Positions 49,133 through 56,629 of a stretch of DNA of 64,000 bases are shown in pieces. The DNA comes from an uncultured Gammaproteobacteria bacterium. GTDB lineage: Bacteria > Patescibacteriota > Patescibacteriia > Patescibacteriales > BS150m-G62. The notes beneath the pieces were generated by a model. That model was not told the origin of the DNA and made no database searches. It saw nothing but the letters and a program-made list of their open reading frames with translations. The stretch spans positions 6,244 to 70,243 of the forward strand of contig CAZMSR010000004.1 in assembly GCA_964569045.1 (NCBI GenBank), read 5' to 3'. Position numbers and translations under genes: made by a program. The first letter of the stretch is position 1, and every line of letters starts with the position of its first letter.

Positions 49133-49224
49133 GATTTTGACAAATTAGCGATATTTGGATATTATTTTAATATATTTAAATTTATCCAAAATTCATTAAA
49201 TTTTAATTAAAATTAGTAAAAAGT

Positions 49225-49779
49225 ATGAAGAAATTTTTAATAGGTTTATTAGTTTTTGTTATCTTGTGTGGCATGTATACATATTCTACGTATAATAAGT
49301 TAATAACAAAAGATGAAGTTGTTAATAATCAATGGTCTCAGGTTGAGACTCAGTATCAAAGAAGATTTGATTTAATTCCTAATTTAGTTGAATCTGTCAA
49401 GGGTGTTATGAAGCAAGAGAAGGATGTATTTACTCAAATAGCTGAAGCTAGAACTAGATATTCTGGAGCAGCATCATCTAATGATAAGACAGTTGCTGCT
49501 ACTCAGATAGAATCTGCTTTAGGACGACTCTTGGTTGTTATGGAGCGCTATCCTGATCTTAAGTCAGCTCAAAATGTGCAAATTTTAATGGCGCAATTAG
49601 AAGGAGCTGAAAATAGAGTAAGTGTAGAAAGAAAGAGGTATAATGATAAGGCAGCTGATTATAATTTAATAATAAAAAGAGTCCCATCAAGATGGGTGGC
49701 AAGTATTTTTGGATTTGAAGTGCGTAGTTATTTTGAGGCACAAGAAGGCGCAGAAAGTGCTCCAAAAGTTCAGTTTTAG
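49225..49779 (+). CDS. lemA: LemA family protein
   Basis: 184 aa with an N-terminal anchor and the pattern WSQVETQYQRRFDLIPNLV...RYPDLKS...LEGAENRVSVERKRYN. Confidence 0.88.
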   Translation: MKKFLIGLLVFVILCGMYTYSTYNKLITKDEVVNNQWSQVETQYQRRFDLIPNLVESVKGVMKQEKDVFTQIAEARTRYSGAASSNDKTVAATQIESALGRLLVVMERYPDLKSAQNVQILMAQLEGAENRVSVERKRYNDKAADYNLIIKRVPSRWVASIFGFEVRSYFEAQEGAESAPKVQF

Positions 49780-49801
49780 GAATTTGATAGAAAAGTCTTA
49801 A

Positions 49802-50677
49802 ATGTATTTATTTAAAACCATTATTATATCTTTATTATTTATTTTTTTTGCAAGCGTTAGTGATGTTTTTGCTTACTATGACTTAGGAAAGCCTAGTGGA
49901 TATGTGAATGATTTTGCCGGTGTTGTTAATGATGATTATGAAAAAAATATTGAAAATAAGCTAAAAGAATTTAAAAAACAAACATCAAATGAAATTTCTG
50001 TAGTAATTATTAATGATTTAAAAGGTTATGCAATTGAAAATTTTGCAGTAAAGTTATTTGAAAGTTGGCAGATTGGACAGAAGGATGAAGATAATGGAGT
50101 TTTGTTACTTGTCGCAATAGAGGATAGAAAAATGAGAATTGAGGTAGGTTATGGTTTGGAGGGTGCTTTGACTGATGCAGAGAGTTTTTTAATTATAAAT
50201 AATGTCTTAAAGCCGTCTTTTAAGAAAAATGAATTTGGGAAAGGGATTAATGATGCTATTGGTGAAATAATGTTAGCAATACAGGGAGAGTATGTGGTTG
50301 TAAATAGTGGAAGTGGTGATGCAAAAGTTGATTATAAGCAGGCTTTTTATTTTTTATTTATTTTTCCTATATGGTTGGCAAGTATTTTGGGTAGAAGTAA
50401 ATCTTGGTGGATGGGAGGAGTTGTTGGGATGGTGATTGGTGGAATTGTTTGGGTATTTTTAAGTGCTGTAACCGGGATAATAGCAATGGTGATATTAATT
50501 CCTTTAGGGTTGTGGTTTGATTATATTGTTTCAAATAATTATCAAGTTGGCAAAAGTCGAGGTAGTGTGCCTTGGTGGGCCGGTGGAGGCAGAGGCGGCG
50601 GATCTGGTTATGGTGGCGGATTTGGGGGTTTTGGGGGTGGAAGTTCGGGTGGTGGTGGATCTAGTGGGAGCTGGTGA
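49802..50677 (+). CDS. TPM-domain protein (YgcG-like) with Gly-rich tail
   Basis: 291 aa with YVNDFAGVVNDDYEKNIENKLKEFKKQTSNEISVVIINDL (TPM domain), TM helices and a C-terminal GGGRGGGSGYGGGFGGFGGGSSGGGGSSGSW tail. This is the usual partner of LemA. Confidence 0.82.
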   Translation: MYLFKTIIISLLFIFFASVSDVFAYYDLGKPSGYVNDFAGVVNDDYEKNIENKLKEFKKQTSNEISVVIINDLKGYAIENFAVKLFESWQIGQKDEDNGVLLLVAIEDRKMRIEVGYGLEGALTDAESFLIINNVLKPSFKKNEFGKGINDAIGEIMLAIQGEYVVVNSGSGDAKVDYKQAFYFLFIFPIWLASILGRSKSWWMGGVVGMVIGGIVWVFLSAVTGIIAMVILIPLGLWFDYIVSNNYQVGKSRGSVPWWAGGGRGGGSGYGGGFGGFGGGSSGGGGSSGSW

Positions 50678-50749
50678 GTGAATATTTGACTAGCTATTGT
50701 CAAATTGATTTTATTTTGATAATTTATTGTTAATTGAATAGATATTTTT

Positions 50750-50822
50750 GCGCCTATAGCTCAGCTGGTAGAGCAGCTCCCTTTTAAGGAGAAGGTCCTA
50801 GGTTCGAATCCTAGTGGGCGCA
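50750..50822 (+). tRNA. tRNA-Lys (anticodon UUU)
   Basis: Hand-folded cloverleaf. The acceptor stem is GCGCCTA/TGGGCGC. The D arm is GCTC-AGCTGGTA-GAGC. The anticodon arm is GCTCC-CTTTTAA-GGAGA with one 27:43 G-A mismatch. The T arm is CTAGG-TTCGAAT-CCTAG, and the discriminator is A. CCA is not fully encoded (the sequence reads ACCG). Confidence 0.9.
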
Positions 50823-51340
50823 CCGAGTAGTATAAGCAGGTACAAGAGTGCCTGTTTTTACGTTACATTGGTTACTTTTAGAGGTTTGAACCTGTGCTAT
50901 TTCAATATTAGCACTCTTGGAGTACTTCTTGAATTGCTCAAAGCGTAAATCCAAGCAAAAATGGGCTTTTCTATCTTCTAGTAAGGGGTTTGAACCTAAA
51001 TTAAGTAAAATGGCTTTTTTATTATTTTTATTCACAGATTCATTCTTATTGCTACCTTTAAATTTTACCACTAACTCATTTACCAACTCATAAGCTTTTG
51101 TTAATTTCTTTCTCTTTTGATCTTTAATATTTTTCAAATTTCCGATCAATTCTGCGTAGTGATTAATTATTTTTTCAAGCTTAACCCTTTTAAATAAATA
51201 CTCATCTTGAGTAATCTCTTTATTGGCTCGCATATCACCAAAACCATCTAACTTATTTTTTTTAAAGACTGCTCATAGTTTTTAATGATCTTTTCTTGTT
51301 CTTCACTATCTTCAAATTTATCTTTTAATACTCTATCCAT
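50811..51340 (-). pseudogene. C-terminal remnant of a large serine recombinase (frameshifted, no catalytic domain)
   Basis: The 140-aa ORF ends inside the tRNA-Lys 3' end. The KAILLNLGSNPLLEDRKAHFCLDLRFEQF block resembles the C-terminal region I recall from Patescibacteria large serine recombinases. A second fragment (MDRVLKDKFEDSEEQEKIIKNYEQSLKKIS, 51248-51340) joins it after a frameshift in an A8 run. No N-terminal resolvase domain is present. Confidence 0.45.
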
Positions 51341-51562
51341 AGCCGAGGGTGGGGAAATTATTTTAGATATGGAATGGTAAAAGGGAGATTTTCTAGATTG
51401 GATGCTTGGACAAGAATGAGATTAAGAAGTTTTATAGAAAAGAAAAAGTGGCTAGGGAGAAAAAGAAATTTCAAATACCCCAATAGCCACTTTGAAAAAC
51501 TTGGTTTAGTAAGGTTAGTAGATACTCTGCAATATCAGCAGAAATTATCTTTCCCTGCCTAG
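51329..51562 (+). pseudogene. C-terminal fragment of a group II intron reverse transcriptase/maturase
   Basis: In-frame translation from the stop at 51326 gives YSIHSRGWGNYFRYGMVKGRFSRLDAWTRMRLRSFIEKKKWLGRKRNFKYPNSHFEKLGLVRLV. This is the GWxNYF...LDxWxRxRLR...P...F..LGL maturase (X-domain) signature. Only about 78 codons remain. Confidence 0.75.
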
Positions 51563-51658
51563 GGCAACCATATCGGAGAGCGAGTCTGTCAATAGTTTTG
51601 TGTAAATGACGATTTTGGGTTTAGTTTTTAAGGAAAATTTTAAAAAAATTTTAGTGGC

Positions 51659-51685
51659 AAATTTGAGCGTAAGCTCAAATTTTTT
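51659..51685 (+). terminator. perfect 10-bp hairpin with GNRA loop and T-run
   Basis: AAATTTGAGC-GTAA-GCTCAAATTT is followed by TTT, 7 nt before the GTGCG at 51693. Confidence 0.55.
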
Positions 51686-51692
51686 AATCGAT

Positions 51693-51840
51693 GTGCGCCC
51701 GGCAGTTTAACAAACAAGCGGGTAACCAAATCCCGTCACACTCTGACAAAATTGACGCTTAGCGGAGGCGTGAAGCCAAAAAGACGAGGGTGTCAGACCG
51801 TCCAATAAGACAGTGTCTGGAGAATTGGATTTATTTTAAA
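51693..51840 (+). mobile_element. 5' end of a group II intron ribozyme (class C-like), truncated
   Basis: It starts GTGCGCCCGGCAG, matching the GUGYG 5' consensus and closely resembling the starts of Ll.LtrB (GTGCGCCCAGATAG) and the O. iheyensis IIC intron (GUGUGCCCGGCAUGGG). AGCCAAAAAGACGAGGGTGTC resembles AGCCUAACGCAAGGGUGUC of the latter. The 3' limit is uncertain. Confidence 0.55.
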
Positions 51841-51855
51841 TGATACTAATTTTGT

Positions 51856-52827
51856 ATGTCCCAAAATACAAAAACACTTACTAAGAACGAGGATTATAAA
51901 GCTCTACTGCAAGATATACAGAGCCTTATTAATAAAGGAAAATACAAAGCCTATAAAGCCTTTGATAATATTTTGCTACAAACAAACTGGCAGATTGGAG
52001 AACGGATTGTTAGAGAGGAATTAGAGAATAAAAATAAAACCGGCTATGGAAAACAATTAATTTCTAATTTAGCTCTAGATTTAGATATTAAATGGCAAAG
52101 ATTATATGAAATTATTAATTTTTACAAAACTTATCCAATTTTCCACTCAGTGAGTGGAAAATTAAGCCGGACCCATTATAGGCGGTTAATTGAGTTATCG
52201 GATAAAAAAGAACGAACTTTTTATCAGCAAAAAGCAATCATTGAATCTTGGAGCGTTAGAGAGCTACAAAGACAAATCAAAAGTAAACTTTTTGCCAAAA
52301 CCACCCCCCAAGAAATAGAAAAAACTTTGAGAGTTAAATTGCCAGCCATCCAAGCCCAAGAAATTTTTAAAGACACCTATAATTTTAATTTTATCGGACT
52401 TCAAACCAGTGAGAAAAATTTTGAGGATAAAATCATCAGAAACATTGAAAAATTTTTGCAAGAATTAGGAGGCGATTTTGCTTTTTTGGGCCGGCAAGTT
52501 CCAATTAAAATTGGAAATCAAGCTCATTATATAGATATGGTGCTTTTTCATAAAGGTATCCCTTGCACAGTTTTAGTAGATTTTAAAATCGGCAATCTAG
52601 ACTCTAGAGATATTGGGCAAATGAATAAATATGTCAGTTATTACCGCCAAAATCGGCAATATCCCTATGAGAGGGATGCTATCGGCTTAATAGTTTGTCG
52701 CGAAGCAGATCAAGAAGAAGTGATTTATGCTTTAAGCGGACTAGAGGAAAAGATTTTTGTGGCGAAATATAAGATTAAATTGCCAAGCGAGGATAAGATT
52801 AAAAAAATTATCCATAAGTTAACTTAA
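51856..52827 (+). CDS. DUF1016/YhcG-family PD-(D/E)xK nuclease-domain protein
   Basis: 323 aa. The N-terminal helical domain (NWQIGERIVREE...GYGKQLISNLALDL...SWSVRELQRQI) and the C-terminal core (FKDTYNFNFIGL...EDKIIRNIEKFLQELGGDFAFLGRQVPIKIG...YIDMVLFHKGIPCTVLVDFKIG...GQMNKYVSYY) are collinear with YhcG. Confidence 0.8.
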   Translation: MSQNTKTLTKNEDYKALLQDIQSLINKGKYKAYKAFDNILLQTNWQIGERIVREELENKNKTGYGKQLISNLALDLDIKWQRLYEIINFYKTYPIFHSVSGKLSRTHYRRLIELSDKKERTFYQQKAIIESWSVRELQRQIKSKLFAKTTPQEIEKTLRVKLPAIQAQEIFKDTYNFNFIGLQTSEKNFEDKIIRNIEKFLQELGGDFAFLGRQVPIKIGNQAHYIDMVLFHKGIPCTVLVDFKIGNLDSRDIGQMNKYVSYYRQNRQYPYERDAIGLIVCREADQEEVIYALSGLEEKIFVAKYKIKLPSEDKIKKIIHKLT

Positions 52828-52836
52828 ATCAATAAT

Positions 52837-53133
52837 ATGCCAACCAAAGCCAATGTTATTATCACCCAATACAGAAATCAAAAGCCAAAGATTTTTTATT
52901 TTGTTAAAGGAAAGGAAGTAGAGCGAAAGGATTTAAAAAGAGTAGTTACAGGAAAAAAAGTAGAGTTTTTTGCTAAATAGAAAATACTATTAAGTAAAAA
53001 GGAAGGGCAATATTGTACCAATTGTTTCTCTGAGAAAGTAAAAAAGATTTTCAAAGACGGCCTTACTTTTTATTATTGTGATTCCTGCGAAAAAACGCTT
53101 AAAAGATCACTTGGTATTGCCAACAAAATTTGA
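52837..53133 (+). pseudogene. small zinc-ribbon ORF interrupted by an in-frame TAG
   Basis: ATG at 52837, TAG at 52978-52980. The same frame then continues KILLSKKEGQYCTNCFSEKVKKIFKDGLTFYYCDSCEKTLKRSLGIANKI to TGA at 53131-53133. The second half has no start codon of its own. Confidence 0.25.
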
Positions 53134-53185
53134 CAAATTTCTTAATCAGTGATATATTTTAAGTATTATGATCTTTTTGAATAAA

Positions 53186-53365
53186 AGAGGCTGAAGGTTT
53201 CTGTGACGGTTACTCACAGAGGATTTGGCGATGGTGCAGCGCGGTTGATCACTGGTTTCCATTGATCTCTGTGGGCCGATTCGCAGTCCCCAAAGACAAA
53301 GAATGCCGCACGTTACTTTCGGTTTCATTTGTCCTTCTGGTGGTGAATCGCTAGAAGGACAAATA
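53186..53365 (+). other. GC-rich structured non-coding segment (possible group II intron domain I fragment)
   Basis: By eye the GC content is far above the local background. Hairpins include CTGTGA-CGGTTAC-TCACAG, GATCACTGG-TTT-CCATTGATC, and a 12-bp perfect stem ATTTGTCCTTCT...AGAAGGACAAAT (53327-53364). The strings CCCAAAGACAAAG and ACTTTCGGTT recall Ll.LtrB domain I (CCTAAAGACAATCGGG, AATTTCGGTT before EBS2). Confidence 0.35.
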
Positions 53366-53444
53366 TATTGCCATATAATTGTGGTTTTTTGTTGCAAAAT
53401 AATGGTTGTGAATTCAAATTTCGTCTTTAGTTCGGTTGACTATT

Positions 53445-53855
53445 TTATTTCTTTTTAAAAAAATAAATAAACCATTCTTGGGTATTTGAATAATTCGTGT
53501 GATCTGACACATCTATTTCATTGTTTATCTCTTTTTTTTCTTTTGATTTTGCATCTTGTATTACTATTACGTTTTCTCCTTTCTTTTTTAATCCAAAATT
53601 GAGCCTTGCTTGTTTTTCTGTGAATTGGTCTGATTCAAAATAATCTATCATTTTATTTAATTTTGTATTTTGATTTTCTATGAGGGCGATTTCTGATTCT
53701 AAATTTGTAATATCATCGTTTACTTTATATTTTTGAGAAATATTTTTTGTTAGCGGTACACTTATTGATACAATTATAATAATACCAATAAATGTTATTA
53801 TTGCTGGATGAAAAAGTGAGATATTTGATGTAGTTTTTTTGTTTCTAGAGCGCAT
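53445..53855 (-). CDS. septum formation initiator family protein (FtsB/DivIC-like)
   Basis: 136 aa with a single TM helix, then a coiled coil (DITNLESEIALIENQNTKLNKMIDYFESDQFTEKQARLNFGLKKKGENVIVI), the typical family pattern. Confidence 0.6.
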   Translation of the reverse strand: MRSRNKKTTSNISLFHPAIITFIGIIIIVSISVPLTKNISQKYKVNDDITNLESEIALIENQNTKLNKMIDYFESDQFTEKQARLNFGLKKKGENVIVIQDAKSKEKKEINNEIDVSDHTNYSNTQEWFIYFFKKK

Positions 53856-56553
53856 TGCTAGCTTGATTTATTTTTAATGTTTTTTTACTAATAAATTTAA
53901 TTTTTATTATTTCTATCATTATTATTGTTGATACAGCTACTAGTAAAATTACAATCCAACTGTTTAATGATAGTGGCACTGTGTGTAGTGCTTTTTGTAG
54001 TGGTGGCCAATATATGGATATAATTAATAACCAAAAACTTATTAAAACAGCAAGTATTAACATTTTATTATCTAGTATATTTGTTTTCCATATTGGTTCA
54101 CGAAGATTTCTTAAGCTAAAAATATAGAAAAGTGAATCTACACCTATCATAGCAAATATTAGAGTTCTTATATAGTCTATGTTGTAATCGTTGTGATGGA
54201 GGTAGTAAAAGATGCTAAAAATAAAGATATCACGTATTATTCCGGCAGCAAAGATTATTATTTTCATCTCTTTTGATAGGATCGGTTCATTTTTGGACAA
54301 AGGTGCATCATTCATGATTCCTTTTTCAGCTTTTTCAAAGGCTAAAGAAAAGTCTGGTAATCCATCATTAACAATATTAATCCATAGAATTTGAGCTGGT
54401 AATAACGCTAGTGGCATGCCGCATATGATTGACCCTACAATTAATATTACTTCAGAAAAACTATCGGATACTAAATATGTGATAACCTTTCTGATATTGG
54501 CAAAAATTACTCTACCTTGTTTTACTGCAGCAACAATTGTTTTAAAGTTTGAATCAAGGAGTATGATGTCAGATGCTTCTTTGGCTATGTCTGTGCCCTC
54601 ACCAACTGCAATGCCTATGTCTGCAGCTTTTAAGGCTGGTGAATCATTTACGCCATCTCCTGTCATGGCAACAACTTCACCTTTTGATTGCAATGCTTTA
54701 ACAATCCTTAGTTTGTGGTGAGGATTAACTCTTGCATAAAGATTGACTTTATTTACAATCTTTTTAAGAGATGTGTCGGATATTCTATTTAATTGCGTTC
54801 CTGTTAGAATGTTACTTTCTTTTACTGTTAAACCTATTTCCTTGGCTATTGCTTGAGCTGTTAGTTTATGATCCCCGGTAATAACTACAGGCCTTATTCC
54901 CGCTTCTGAGCAAATTTTAATAGTATCACGTGCTTCTTTTCTAAGTGGATCTTTAAGTGCTATAAATCCAATAAAAGTTAAATTATTATCATAATCATTC
55001 CAGTTAATAAAATTTGGGTCAATTTTTTTTCTGCTTTTGAAATTTTTAGTTGCTACACCTATTACTCTTAAACCTCTTTTAGTTAGTTTTTTGTAAGTGT
55101 TGTTTAGTTTGATTTTATCAATTTTTGTGAGTTTTTTCTTTTTATTATTTTCAAAATAAAAATTTGATTTGTTAAGAAGTTTTTCTGCAGCACCTTTTTG
55201 ATATAAGCTGTAGGCATTGTCTTTTTTGTGAAGAGTTATCATGAACTTATTTGCGCTGTCAAAAGGTAGTATTGCTATTTTTGGTTCATTTTTTAACAAT
55301 ATTGTTTTGTTTATACTTGCTTGACTAGCGGCTGACAATAAGGCAGCTTCAGTTGGGTCGCCTATTATTTTCCATTTTGTTAATGGTTCATGTGGATTTT
55401 CTATTATAGCTTCGTTGCATATTGCTCCAATTTTTAGTGCTAATTGAATTGTTTTGGAGTTTTTTAAAGTTGTTGGTTGCTGAGTTGTACTATGACCAAT
55501 GATTATTTCTGAGACGTGCATTTTCCCTTCGGTTAATGTTCCTGTTTTATCTGTGCAAATTACTGTTGTTGATCCTAAGGTTTCAGCAGCAACTAATTTT
55601 CTGGTTAAGGCCTTTCTTTTTAATAATTGCTGCATTCCTAGGGCTAAAATAACTGTTACACCAACAATCAAGCCCTCAGGAATAGAAGCAACTGCAATAG
55701 AAACTCCCATTAGAAACATTTCAAGAGTATCTCTGCCTTGTGCAATGCCAATAATCGCTACAATTACTGAAATTATTCCTATTAGAATGCCTATAAATTG
55801 TGAGAATTTTGTTAGCCTTTTTTGTAGTGGTGTTGTTTCTTTCTGAGTTGTGCTTACTAATTCTGCTATTTTTCCTATTTCAGTATTTGTTCCAATTTCG
55901 CAAATAATTGCCTTAGCACTACCTTTAACACAAATTGTTCCAGCATAAATCATGTTTAATCTGTCCGCTAAGCTTGTGCCACTTGGAAGTGATTTTATAT
56001 TTTTTTCAACAGCTATGGACTCACCGGTGAGTGATGATTCATTAATTTTTAGATTAGTCGCTTCAATTAAACGTGCGTCAGCAGGAATTTTATTTCCAGA
56101 TTTTATTACTATAATATCGCCAATGGTAAGTTCATTTGCGTTTACTTGAATTTCATTGCCATTGCGAATTACATAAGCATTGTGCAATACTAATTCGCGC
56201 AATTTTTGAAGTGCTTGGCTAGCTTTGTTTTCTTGAATATATCCTATAATTGTGTTTATTATTACGGCACCAAAAATAACCATTGCGTCAACCGGTTCAT
56301 TTAAGATTATGGATATAATTCCGGCAAATAAGAGAATGTATATTAGTGGGGATTTAAATTGAGTTAAAAAAATTATCAGTTTTCTGACTGGTTTTTCGCG
56401 AGGTAGCTCGTTTGGTCCATATTTGTTTAACCTAGAAACGTATTCTTTTTTTGTAAGACCGGATAGTCTTGTTTTTAATTTTTTTAAAAGTATGTTTGGT
56501 TGTGTTGAGTGGTATTCTATTTTCATAATAAAATTATAGCATGTTTTGTTCAT
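53845..56553 (-). CDS. cation-transporting P-type ATPase (type II, Ca2+/Mg2+-like)
   Basis: 902 aa with LTGESIAVEK, IPEGL, ICTDKTGTLTEGKM and MTGDGVNDSPALKAADIGIAVG motifs. An alternative start Met lies at 56526. Confidence 0.92.
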   Translation of the reverse strand: MNKTCYNFIMKIEYHSTQPNILLKKLKTRLSGLTKKEYVSRLNKYGPNELPREKPVRKLIIFLTQFKSPLIYILLFAGIISIILNEPVDAMVIFGAVIINTIIGYIQENKASQALQKLRELVLHNAYVIRNGNEIQVNANELTIGDIIVIKSGNKIPADARLIEATNLKINESSLTGESIAVEKNIKSLPSGTSLADRLNMIYAGTICVKGSAKAIICEIGTNTEIGKIAELVSTTQKETTPLQKRLTKFSQFIGILIGIISVIVAIIGIAQGRDTLEMFLMGVSIAVASIPEGLIVGVTVILALGMQQLLKRKALTRKLVAAETLGSTTVICTDKTGTLTEGKMHVSEIIIGHSTTQQPTTLKNSKTIQLALKIGAICNEAIIENPHEPLTKWKIIGDPTEAALLSAASQASINKTILLKNEPKIAILPFDSANKFMITLHKKDNAYSLYQKGAAEKLLNKSNFYFENNKKKKLTKIDKIKLNNTYKKLTKRGLRVIGVATKNFKSRKKIDPNFINWNDYDNNLTFIGFIALKDPLRKEARDTIKICSEAGIRPVVITGDHKLTAQAIAKEIGLTVKESNILTGTQLNRISDTSLKKIVNKVNLYARVNPHHKLRIVKALQSKGEVVAMTGDGVNDSPALKAADIGIAVGEGTDIAKEASDIILLDSNFKTIVAAVKQGRVIFANIRKVITYLVSDSFSEVILIVGSIICGMPLALLPAQILWINIVNDGLPDFSLAFEKAEKGIMNDAPLSKNEPILSKEMKIIIFAAGIIRDIFIFSIFYYLHHNDYNIDYIRTLIFAMIGVDSLFYIFSLRNLREPIWKTNILDNKMLILAVLISFWLLIISIYWPPLQKALHTVPLSLNSWIVILLVAVSTIIMIEIIKIKFISKKTLKINQASNAL

Positions 56554-56563
56554 GTGTGAGATA

Positions 56564-56572
56564 TGGTATAAT
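56564..56572 (+). promoter_or_regulatory. extended -10 promoter for surface-protein gene copy 1
   Basis: TGGTATAAT is a perfect TGnTATAAT, 65 nt upstream of the ATG. A GAAGG Shine-Dalgarno sequence lies at 56623-56627. Confidence 0.5.
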
Positions 56573-56629
56573 TCTTAATAAGTTGTTAATTGAGTTAATG
56601 TTAGCTTGTTTTATATGTAATTATGAAGG

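Noticed and set aside
49077-49224. Replication origin at the strand-orientation switch between mtaB and lemA
   Set aside because: Only one DnaA-box-like 9-mer (TTATCCAAA, 49181-49189) is present. There is no cluster of boxes, no dnaA or dnaN nearby, and minus-strand genes resume at 53.4 kb.
50675-50677. Alternative genetic code (UGA recoding as in some CPR lineages)
   Set aside because: Trp is encoded by TGG directly before a TGA stop at the natural end of the TPM protein. All conserved proteins (GroEL, DnaB, enolase and others) are full length with standard-code stops, so code 11 fits.
51329-51562. Functional retron or reverse transcriptase next to the DUF1016 nuclease (retron-effector pair)
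   Set aside because: Only the maturase/X-domain tail survives, bounded by a stop at 51326 upstream. The RT palm/finger motifs are absent. The GWxNYF...LDxWxRxRLR signature is of group II intron type rather than retron type.
51659-51682. Group II intron domain V for the upstream RT fragment
   Set aside because: The hairpin is a perfect 10-bp stem with a GTAA loop. It lacks the 2-nt bulge and the basal AGC catalytic-triad placement of a 34-nt domain V. It is followed by a T-run and is better explained as an intrinsic terminator.
53146-53397. 83-aa minus-strand ORF
   Set aside because: It coincides with the GC-rich hairpin-dense block, has no Shine-Dalgarno sequence, shows odd composition (Cys/Pro/Gln/Arg-rich, unlike every real protein here) and resembles no family. 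It is treated as non-coding.
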